Shown here: one piece after another, positions 37,401 to 47,200 of the stretch
How the letters are laid out: every line of letters begins with the position of its first letter
How positions within the stretch are numbered: position 1 is the stretch's first letter
Source: Acidimicrobiales bacterium
GTDB lineage: Bacteria; Actinomycetota; Acidimicrobiia; Acidimicrobiales; SHLQ01
Reading direction: 5' to 3'
Assembly: GCA_051011575.1 (NCBI GenBank)
Contig: JBPCTR010000248.1
Span: 1 to 55,607 of the forward strand
Length of the DNA: 55,607 nt
The notes under the pieces: model-generated
Seen by the model: only the letters and a program-made list of their open reading frames with translations
Database searches by the model: none
What the model was told of the DNA's origin: nothing
Program-made: the position numbers and the translations under genes

Positions 37401-38220
37401 CCTCGATCGGCAGGTGCTGGCGAGGACGTTCCTCAAGCAGGACCTCGGCGGCCGGGGGGAAGCTGCGCTTGCCGCCTATCGCGCCCTCGGCAACTCGGCA
37501 GGCGAGGCACGGACTCTGAACAACATGGGGATCGCGAGCTACTTCGCAGGCGACTGGACCTCCACTGTCGACCTGTACGCGAGCGCTATCGAACGGAGCA
37601 CCGCAGCCGGTGATGTGCTCCTCGCCGGAATCGGCGCCGTCAACATGGCCGAGATCCTCGCGGATCAGGGTTACTGGGATCGTGCAATCGAAGCACTGGA
37701 TGATGTCGTTCGGAACTGGATGTCGACCGGCTATGGACCAGGCGTGGCAGTCGCTCTGTCGTTTCGAGGCACGGCGAGGTCTCGGCGTGGAGACGACGAC
37801 GCCGCGAGCGACCTCGAAGAATCACTCGATCGGGCAACGCAGATCGGCGCGAGCAGCCTCGTCGCCGGCGCCGTAGCTCGCCTTGCCGAGCATTCGCTGA
37901 TCGTCGACAACCTGGGCGACGCACAACGCTGGCTCGACCAGCTCGCCTCGATGCCCGAGGCGGCCGAAAGCGACCTGACTCGACGCCGACGGTTGTTCCA
38001 GGCGATCCTCGACAACCGGCGCTCGAACGAAGTGTCCGACGACCTGATCGAACTCGCCTACGACGGTGGAGACTTCGTGCAGGCGCTCGCCGAACACCTT
38101 CTCCACGGTGTGGCGCCCGAACTAGTCGCGCGCGACGAGCGCCTCGCCTCGCAGCTGGGCATCATCGCGTTCCCACCCTTCCCGGTCCACGCGGTCACGC
38201 CGACTGGGAGTGGCGGTTAG
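34498..38220 (+). CDS. Tandem class III nucleotidyl-cyclase-homology domains + AAA/P-loop NTPase + TPR-like helical repeats (STAND-like signalling protein, no DNA-binding domain seen)
   Basis: CHD1: MLSADISGFTALSEKL...GGEVLKFGGDALLVLF. CHD2: RQGVQTGRVFAGFLGSPYRRTYTLMGDPVNTAARM. Walker A GPAGVGKS lies at 35836-35859. The long C-terminal part is helical repeat sequence (YRRALD, ALSWYTRAL, YRALGN...). Confidence 0.85.
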   Translation: MTDLSAFVPRLAAELGATPDSHWTSVPGSMLSADISGFTALSEKLAGKGKAGAEEITELINTCFTALIDSAYDYGGEVLKFGGDALLVLFRGDDHERRVVSAGQAMQHALHSSPAAKRANLTMTVGAAEGPFDVFLAGSDYRELLITGTRATEVIHLEGEAAKGETLVSPTLAAVLPPDMVGRTHAGGHEVIGRTDNQITGPPDRVSDDLDLSSFVPPAVLEQFVAFEEMGGEHRLVTVGFAMVAGIAAEIDRVGADGTAATLGRLVDDIMAATAPFGVTVLHTDIAPDGVKFVLCAGAPVNPGDTGDALLEAALRIAEIDSPLVIRQGVQTGRVFAGFLGSPYRRTYTLMGDPVNTAARMLGKADDRDIVAVDTVVDDTRTIFATEELEPFHVKGKTEPIVAHKVFASSDEVRRHGSATRLVGRKTELDSLTRAIGELGEVIVLSGPAGVGKSRLLDAAWDMAEGLTIFQAACTPYGASSPYSVFRPLLRSGSGIDVHADPDHAGDLLTKIVRSFAPALRPVLPLLAIPFGAKVSSTPEFEAIEPKFLRERVHAAVVDFLDAVLDGPVMLVVEDLHWVDDASGDLVSHLVRAAESRPWAAIVTRRPEGEWVPPESAHLSELALDPLDDDDIRSLAIQVCARALTDHELDEIAARAAGNPLFAIELTAALDGGSVDALPDSIEGMIATRIDSLDPAERRLVRLASVFGQTFAVADFTAVLTDVAPELTFRPKPIADLLEPGRNKTMRFTHALYRDVAYEGLPFRRRTRLHATVGRSLEDRAKDPDAIAGLLSLHFAEARVREKAWHYSLIAGERAASTGANIEAAATYRRALDSAPRSVDPGERAEVSERLGDAAWSSGKFEDAVHALQRVRRLSTDEAVDLRARRKIGMIRENEGRQTQALSWYTRALRTLDDRQVSPEVEAERGHLLIATAGIRHRQADDKTGLALAEEAERIALRIDDASVLASALDRQVLARTFLKQDLGGRGEAALAAYRALGNSAGEARTLNNMGIASYFAGDWTSTVDLYASAIERSTAAGDVLLAGIGAVNMAEILADQGYWDRAIEALDDVVRNWMSTGYGPGVAVALSFRGTARSRRGDDDAASDLEESLDRATQIGASSLVAGAVARLAEHSLIVDNLGDAQRWLDQLASMPEAAESDLTRRRRLFQAILDNRRSNEVSDDLIELAYDGGDFVQALAEHLLHGVAPELVARDERLASQLGIIAFPPFPVHAVTPTGSGG

Positions 38221-41200
38221 GCCTTCTCCGCATCCTTGGCGGCATCCTCGAACTCGTCGAGAGCGTCTTCGACATCGGTCGCCAGCAGGATCACGCCTTC
38301 CTGGAAGTGCTCGATCGCCTCGTCGATGTCATCGGGATCACCACCACGGGTCATCGCTGTATTGATCGCCTCGAATGCGAGGTTGCGCCCGAGGTTGCCA
38401 AGCGTGTTCAGGAGGTCGTCGCCGACCGCTTGCGGCAGGCCTTTGTCGAGTGCGTCGTCGACCTCCTTGGCCGCCTTCTTCAGGTCCTTGATCGCCTGGG
38501 AGATCTCGATCGGCGTCTTCTCGAGATGCACGACCGCCTTGTTGACGTTCTCGAGCGTCTTCTCGAGTTCTTTCCGAATCTTGTTGTCTGGCTCGTTCGC
38601 GATGAGGTCGTTGATCTGGTCGACGAGGAATCCGAGACCGCCGACCACCTCGTAGCTACCGACCGCACTCGCAACATTGCCCAGTGCGTCGGTGCCCGTC
38701 ACCGTGATGGTGAAGGCGCCGACCGAAGTTGTCGGGAGCAGGTCCCCACTCTCGAGAGTGAGGCCCCCGACGACGGCCGAGCATGATGCACCCGCGGGAT
38801 CCTGACAGCTGAAGATCGCAGCGACTTCCTGCCCTTGCGCGTACACCGAGCCGACCTGCGGTTGGATCAACGTCACTGCGGGAGCGAGGGTGTCAATCGT
38901 GACGATCTCGATCGCCGTCTGACCATCGGCCACCACGAACTCGACAGTGTGGATGCCGTCACCGGCAACGGCGACTCCCGCAGGCGTCAGCTCCTCGAGC
39001 GGCGCTCCGTCGAGACTGAACTGGATCGGCAGACCATCTGCGTCGGCGGTCACGGTGACCGGGCCCGTGTAGAAGCCGTTTATCGGATCGCCCCCTACCG
39101 ACGCGGTCACCGCCGTCGTGAGGGAGACGGGCGGCGGCGGTGCGACCTCGTCGCTGAAGTTCTCGGCCTTGTTCGTCGACACGCCCACGTTCCCGGCGTT
39201 GTCCTTGGCCTGAACCAGGAACTCCATGTTCGTGGGCACGGTCGGGAACGTCACCGCGCCAACCCAGCGTCCGCTGGCCGGCGGTGACTCGATGAGATCG
39301 ATTCCGAACCACTCGGCCGTCACATCTCCGGCGCTCGGTGTGGCGAGCACGTACACGCGGTCGACCCCGGATCCGCCGTGGTCATCGACCTCGGCGGTGA
39401 TGGTGAGCTGCGCTCCGTCGAGGACCGAATCGACCCTGAGAATCGCGGGCGCCGACCGGTCGGCATCATTCGAGTAGTAGACGATCACGTCGATGTCGTC
39501 GTCGAGCCGCTGAACGCCGGCGTCTTCGGTGCCCCGGTACTGGCCGGTTGCAAGCACGAGGTTCTGACGCTGACCCTCCGGTTTCTCGAATGTGGAGATC
39601 CGCTGGGGAACGGTGGGGTAGTTGATGTTGTCGAGGTCGGGCTCGGGCGCCTGGCTCGACTCGTCGAAGACCGGAACGGCCACCACCGGATCGATCCCCA
39701 CGTAGCTCGAGGTCATGTCGAGGATGATCGCCCCTCGGGCCTCGGTTTCGATCTGCGTCGTGTCCAGCGCAAGCACGTCGGTCACGTCGAGCGTGAGCGA
39801 CGGCTGGATAGGCCGACCCGGCTGCGTGATCGTGCTCGGGTCGCCCGCGTCGTTCAGGTTCGAGTAATAGAGCTCGGTCCCGACCGGATTCGGAATGTTG
39901 TCGGCGTCGGCCATGAAGACCACCGCACCCTCCCCGGTCAGTGGATCGATGAAGGGCTCGTTGTCGGGAGCCTCCGGGGCGGGCTGGGCGGGCACGCCCA
40001 CACGGAAGAAGGGCAGGCCGTAGAGCGTGCTCTCCTGGATCGCCTTCTCGTGGTACACACTCACGTCGACGAGCTCGGAATAGGCCTCCTGCTTCGCGAA
40101 CTGCATCGCCTGTCCGATCGTGGTGATGTCGTTCGGATCGAGGGCATCGACGTTGATCGGATTGACCAGGTTCCGGGCGAACAGCTGGAGCAGCCGCTCG
40201 GTGTAGCCGACGGTCTCGGTATCGCCGTAGCCGAAGCCGGTGTTTCCGACGTATACCGCTTGCTGATCGATGAACGCCTCAGCCCAATCGTCGAGGACGC
40301 CGGTGAGACCGGTCGACGTGTTGGGCACGTTCAGACCAGAGTGACAACCCATCGAGAAGATGATCGACCCGTCGAGGAGACCGTCGGCCGCTGGCAGCGC
40401 ATCGATCTCACTCACTTCGAAGTTGTCGTTGAAGCCCGGCACCTGATCGCCCGCGGCCGGGAGCGCCCGGTAGTGGTCGAAGTGGGCATTGAAGGAGACG
40501 ATGTCGGGGCCGTTCGCGTCGCCGGCACCATCGGGGGTCAGGAGACGATCTCCGATGTCGGTGGCGGTCCATGCTCCGTCGCCATTGAGGTCGTCGATGC
40601 CGTCTTCGAGATCACGGTCGAGGTCGGCCGGAGCGATCGGACCAGTGAGCTCGTCGGCGATTGCCTCGGAGCCGTCGATCAGGAAGTCGTAGCCGGCTAC
40701 CAGACCGGTCTCGGCGGCGAGAATGCCGTCGAAGAGAATGAACTGGTCGATGTAGTCCTTGATCTGCTGCGGCTCCTCGAGCACGCGCCCGAGGGCGGCA
40801 TCCGGAAGGTAGATGAAGCGATCACCAAATGGCAGCGCCGCGGTCTCGCCGTAGGGATCGTCGGACAGGAACGTCGACGCCCAGAACGAGCTCGTGAAGG
40901 CGTTGCGACCCGTGAGATCGAAGCGGTAATCGAACTCGTTGGCGACCTCGGTGGCATCGGCGAGCCGAGCCATCGGTAGCAGATCATCGGAGCCGATCAG
41001 CACGATGTTCTCGATATCGCGGAGCGCCCGAATCGGATCGAGAACGTCGCTGATGATCTCGGAGACGATCGCGTTCGTCGTATTCGGATCGCAGGCGTCC
41101 TCAGCGTTGGCCGGGTTGTCGAGTGCCGCGTATGCAGCCCGCACGTCGGCGAAGCCATCGACCGGCACCACCACACCGGAGAGCCCCATCTGGCTGATTT

Positions 41201-44200
41201 CGGGGTCGGAATCCATCGCCGTCACGAGGTCGTTCAGAGAGTTGGTGACGAGCGAGCGCCCACCCGCGCCGTAGATCTGCTCGAAGCGTTGTTCGTTGAC
41301 CAGAATGACCGTGTTCAGATCGGCTGGAAGGGTGGCGAAGTTCGGAGCCACGCCGGCCGCCGCAGCGGGAAGCGCACCACGAGCCACACAGGCAGGTACC
41401 GCCTCCGCACCTTCGACCTGGATCTGGAGAACGGCCGGGTCCGGGCTCGTCACTCCGTCGTGGCCGTGCACCTGAATGATGTATCGGCCTGCCGGCAGGC
41501 GTTCGGCGATGATGGTCTCCTCGTCGAGGCTGCGGCTGTTCGACACCTCGACGAGAGCGAGGTCGTCGAACTCCTGATCGAGTCGACGGAACCCCTGATC
41601 GGGCACCGCTTCGGACTGATCGGCGTCGGGATCGAGCACCGGCACGATCGGATCGGCGTCGGATGTCTGGCTGAGAGCAGTCGACGACACCGGGGCTCCG
41701 AGATCGCTGTACAGAACGATGTCGAAGTCGGCCGGGAGACCGCTCAGGTTCACAGCGATCGAGTCGCCGTCGCCGATGTCGACGTGGAACAGATCGATGT
41801 CGGTGTCGGTCGAGATGTTCACGAGGTACACCGTGTCCTCGGCGGCGGGGATCCCAGGCGGAGTGTCGTTCGGCTCGAAGGCCTCGACGACCTCGAGAAT
41901 CGCCGAGGACTCCACGACGGCGGTCGTTCCGACGATGCGCGCGTCGCTGTTCACGAGGCTCGCGCCCACCGAGACCGAGGGCTGGATGTCGAAGTCGAGG
42001 TTGTAGGTCTGGCCCGGCGTCTGATCATCAACACCTGGCTCGACCCCGGTGAACGTCCAAACGAGTCGTCCGTCGACGAGCTCGGGCTCGAGGTCACCGC
42101 CGAGCGGCGCGGTCACGACGGCAGATCCCGGGACGTATCCAGCCCCTGCCGGAAGCTCGACGGCGACCGTGATCGTGCGGGTGCGCGTTCCGGTGAGCGC
42201 GAACTGGGCTTGCATCCCGATCGGCGGCATGACTCCGGGAATGTCCGCGGCATCGATGTTCTCGAATGCCACACCCCATGGCAGTGCGCCAGGCGGCAGC
42301 AGTCCGAGAAGCAGATCGCCGAGCGTGAAGCCGGCGAGTTCGTCAGCGGGCAGTGCATTGACCAGGTCGGCAACCGTGGCCGCCCCCCAGTCCGGGGACC
42401 CGAGCAGATCGGCGAGGAGCATGTTGCCCAGGCCGAGGTCCGGATCGTTGACCGCATCGCTGACCAGCCACGGTCCGTTCCCGTTGACATTCGAGAGCGC
42501 CGCAGTGACATCCCCCTGCGTGAGGTTCCCGATCTCGTTCAGCCGAATGAAGGCGAGGAAGACACCCAGGTCGCCGAGCTGCCCGCCGCTCAGCGTGAGC
42601 GCCGGGAGCAGTTCGGAGAACGTGACATCCCCGAACGACTCGAAGTCGGCCAGCGTCAATCCATTCGTCACGGCGTGCGCGTCGAGTATCACTTCGAGGT
42701 CGACCACGGGGTCGCCGGCCACATCGACCGCCAGTGCCAGGTCGAGCCATGTCACCGTGTCGAGACCGTCGCCGAGGTCTCCGAGGAGCGTCTGCGCGAA
42801 CAGTGGATGATCGACGGGAAGATCGCCGAGTGTGAGGTTGGCGAAGTTGGTGAGGTCGGCGATGGTGATCGAGTTCGCGATCGCCCATGCGGCGACCGCG
42901 CCATACAGGTCTTGCGCCGTATTCGTCGTGAGGTGTTCAGCAAGGTCGGGCAGACGGAAGTCGTCGGAGGCCGCGCCGAGGTCGGCGAGCACGGCGCCGG
43001 GCAGAATCGCTCCGGCGAGGAAGGCGTCGCGCAGCGTTGCGGTCTCACAATCGACGAGCGAGCAGTCGACGATGTTTCCGATCGCACCGAACGGAAGGTC
43101 GATCAGCTCGATCGCCCCGAAGGGACTTTCGGCCAGATCGATGGCGCCGAAGGGAATCTGATCAACCGTGATGGCACCGAACGGAATCGCACCAAACGGG
43201 AGTCCGTTGACGTCGATGGCGCCAAAGGGGATCGCACCGAACGGCAACTCCTCGAGCCCGATCGCTCCGAATGGAATCGCACCGAACGGGTTGGGGCCGA
43301 CCGCAACGTGGTCGACCTCGATCGCTCCGAAGGGGGATCCCTGGACGTCGATCGCACCGAAGGGGATTCCTCCGACCGTGCCATCGGTAGAAATCGCACC
43401 GAATGGCGTACCGGTCAGGTCGATGGCGCCGAACGGAATCGCCCCGAACGGGATCGCACCGAACGGCAGCTCCTCGACGCCGATGGCGCCGAACGGAATC
43501 GCACCGAACGGAATCGAGGTGTAGTCGATGGCGCCGAACGGAATCGCCCCGAACGGCACGCCCCGTACTCCGAGGTCGACGACCGTCGTCGAACCGACCG
43601 GTGTGGCCCCGGTGCAGTCGAGGCCGTACTCGGCCATCAGCGAACACCAGTCGGCCTCGATCTCGGCCGGACCCGTCCGATCGGCGTCGAGCGGAATCTG
43701 ATCGAGCGAGGTCTCGCCGAGCACGATCGCGCCGAACGGAATCGCCCCGAACGGAGCTCCGTTCACGTCGATCGCGCCGAACGGGATCGCACCAAACGGG
43801 ACCTGCTCGAACGCGATGCCATCGATGTCGATGGCCCCGAACGGAATCGCACCGAACGGAATCGACTCGAAGTCGATCGCCCCGAAGGGAATCGCACCGA
43901 ACGGCGTGCCGGCGAGCTCGATCGCACCAAACGGAATCGCACCAAACGGAGTGGAGGCGATCCCGAGCTCGCTCAGGTTGATGGCGCCGAACGGCGCCTC
44001 ATCGACGTCGATCGCACCGAACGGAATCGCACCGAACGGAATCGCACCAAAAGGCACGTCGGACAGTCCGACCGACATGACGGTCGCGGTCGGGTCGAGG
44101 GTGTTTCCGGCACCGCACGGCCGATCCGAGTCGGCGAGAATGGCACACCAGTCCTCGGCGATCTCGGCCGGCGCGAGCCGGTCGGCGTCGAGCGGAATGT

Positions 44201-47200
44201 CCGAGATCGGGATTCCGCCGAGCGCAATCGCCCCGAAGGGAATCGCGCCGAACGGCGTTCCGTTCACGTCGATCGCACCGAACGGAATTGCTCCTACGGC
44301 ACCCGCGAGGTCGGGGTCGCTGAATACGTCGCCCAGCGTGATGTTGACCAGCGGCAGATCGTCGTACTCGCCCGCCGGATCACTGTCGAGAATCGCCGCC
44401 CATCCACCGGGTTGATCGAGTCCGACGCTCAGAAGCGGCAGGGCCGAGAGAACGGGATCATTGGCAGCAATCGCTCCGAACGGCGTGGCGTCGAGCCTGA
44501 TCGCACCGAATGGCGACTCGGCCACCCCGGCCTCCTGCAGTCCGGTCGAGCCAACGCTGGTCGTGTTGCCGGCGTTGTCCTCGATCACCGTCGCGGCATC
44601 GGTCAGCTCGGAGACGGCGATGCCCGTACCGCCGCCGATCACGGAAGGCTGCGCGCCCGGCTGCAGGCCGAGCGTGAACGTGAGGCTCGGATCGTCGGGG
44701 ATCAGAACATCGGGGGTATCGAAAAAGTACACGCTGCCAGCGTTATTGCCGTTCGTGTTGTCTTCGAACGGCGCTCCGCCCAGGATCGAGTCAGGCGCGA
44801 GCGCGATCGACTCCCCGAGGAAGTCGCTGCCGACGCCATCGGACGCGGCCAACGTCGACACCAACGTCCACGCGTCGGGCGCGGTGCGGTCGTAGATCCG
44901 CAAATCACCAGCTCCGACGATTCCGCCTGGGTCGCCTCCGCTGACACCGACGCCGATGCGTTCGCCGACGATGTCGACCGACTGGCCGAACGAGTCGCCG
45001 TTGACGCCTGCGGGGTCGAGAATCTGTGCGACCTGGGTCCAGTCGGTTCCGGTCGCCGGTGCCTCGAACACATGCACCACACCGGTGGCCGTCAGATCTC
45101 CGTCTCGGCCTGCACCGACGACGGCGAGGTCGCCATCGAGGGCGACGGCAGCACCCACCGAACGCGTTGCCGGCGGTGTGACGACGAGGCGATCGATCTC
45201 ATCCCAGATCGACGCCAACTCGAAAATGTACGCCTCGCCCGGATCACCCACGCCCTCCCGGCCGGGAGACCCGATGAGAACGCGCCCACCGTCGACGTCA
45301 ATCGAGCCGCCGAACCAGCCTTCGGTACGCGGAACGCTCGGCTCGAGGGTCTGGTCGAGACTCCAGGTGGCACCCGAGCCGGTCCACACCTCGACGATGC
45401 CGGCATCGGCAAACCCACCTGATGGCTGGCCCAATCGCCCAGCGAAGAGGGTGTTGCCCTCGAGATCGAGAGCCCCGCCCTCACTCGGCGTGTTGATCGT
45501 CCCGACCTCGGTCCACACGTCGACCGTGACCTCCTCGAAGATCACGATCTTGGTGATGGTGCGAACGGCGATTCTCGAGCCGCTGATCGCGACCGAGGCG
45601 CCAAAGCGATCGTCGAGCACCGGTGTCGACGGAACGAGCTCCTGGAGCACGGTCCAGCCGTTGGTGAGGCCATCTCGGGTGAGCACCCATGCAGCACCGA
45701 AGTCGCCCGGGACCGAGGGGTCCCCGAGGGCACCCACGATGGCGCGGTCGCCATCGATGTCGATGTCGTGGCCGAAGCGAATGTCGGCATCATCGGGCGA
45801 GATGATCTTGCCCGCCACCAGCGGCGCGACGAGTTCGAATGTGTACACACCGCCGGCAAAGATGCCTTCGTTGTTGTGGTCGAACGGCGCACCGACGGCC
45901 AGATCGGTGCCCGAGAGACCCACGGCGGCCGCGAACGAATCGCCCATCTCGCGGTCGGATGCCGTGATCGACTGCTGCACGGTCCACGTCGAGCCGGTGC
46001 GCTCGAACACGTGGGCCTCGCCGGCAAACATGCCATCGACCGAGGCCCGAGGTGAGGCGATGACCGCCAGGTCACCGTCGAGGTCGACCGTCGTACCTAG
46101 CTGGTCGGCGAAGGGCTCGCCCAGCACGGTCAGCTCCTGCTCCGGGCCCCACTCCAGGCCATCGAAGGTGTAGACCCACGCCGCGTTTCCGCCGGGCTCG
46201 CCGATGAGCGCGGTCGATCCGGAGAGCTCGACGCCTCCGCCGCCGAACAGCTGACCGCCGACGCCGCTCTCGAGGGTCTGCGTCTGGTTCCAGGTCGTGC
46301 CGCTTCGTTCGAACACGCGCACGGTGCCCGTGTTGACGACACCGGGCGTTCCCTGGTCGCGGCTCGCAGTAGCCATGGCCACGTCGCCGTCGATCGCCAC
46401 GAATTGGCCGAACCAGGCGTCGGCGATGTCGCCCGGGAGATTCACGGTGTGCTCGACGTGTGAGCCGGAGACGATCAGGTCGTAAATGTGCACGTTGCCC
46501 ACGCCGACGCCGAGGATCGGGTCGCTGGCGATCAGCCGGTCGTTCACACCGTCGATGTCGACATCGAGTGCACGGTTCGCGCCCGTGAAGGAGATGTCGT
46601 TGACCAGGGTCCACGAGATGCCGTCGAAGTTGAAGATCCAGGTCGAGTTGTCCTGTTCGGTGACTGCAGCCCAGTCGCCGCCCACCGCGACCTCGATGCC
46701 GAAGTCGAAGTTGGGGCCACTGGGAATGTCGTCGCCGAACTCGTCGAACAGCACCCACTCGCCCGCAATCCTGCGGAACATGTACGCGTTGCCCGGCTCG
46801 CTCGCTGCGAAGTCCTCGGTGGCTCCGACGATCATCCACTCGCCGTCGATGTCGACCGACCCGCCGAACAGGCTGCCGTCGCCGGCGCGGCCGATGCCTG
46901 CGTCGTTGGCGACGAGCTTGCCGGGGGCCGAGTCGACCACAGTCGAGTACTCGTGCACCCCGCCGGCATCCACCCCTGCGGAGGTGTCGTCCTCGGCGGT
47001 GCCGACCATCACGGTGCCGTCCTCGCCGAGTGCAATTCCCGATCCCATGCCGTCGCCGGGCACTCCGGCTTCCCATTCGAACACGTCGCCGCCGACCCAG
47101 CCGTCGCTCACATCGAAGCTGAAGCCCTGTACCAGGCCGGCGCCGTTGCTTCCACCAGCAAACGAGCTCACGATCACCTGGCCGTCTTCGACGCGCGCCT

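Noticed and set aside
43080-44513. Regular 15-nt DNA periodicity considered as a CRISPR array or non-coding VNTR
   Set aside because: The units are contiguous with no unique spacers of CRISPR size. They are in frame within the giant ORF and differ mainly at synonymous positions. This is a coding repeat.
41289-45422. 1,377-aa ORF on the plus strand across the middle of the giant gene
   Set aside because: It is the antisense shadow of the giant ORF. The translation is Arg/Asp/Glu/Gly-dominated low complexity, and its ERNRTERNRTKR stretch is simply the reverse-complement reading of the PFGAI repeats. Stop-free antisense frames are expected at this G+C.
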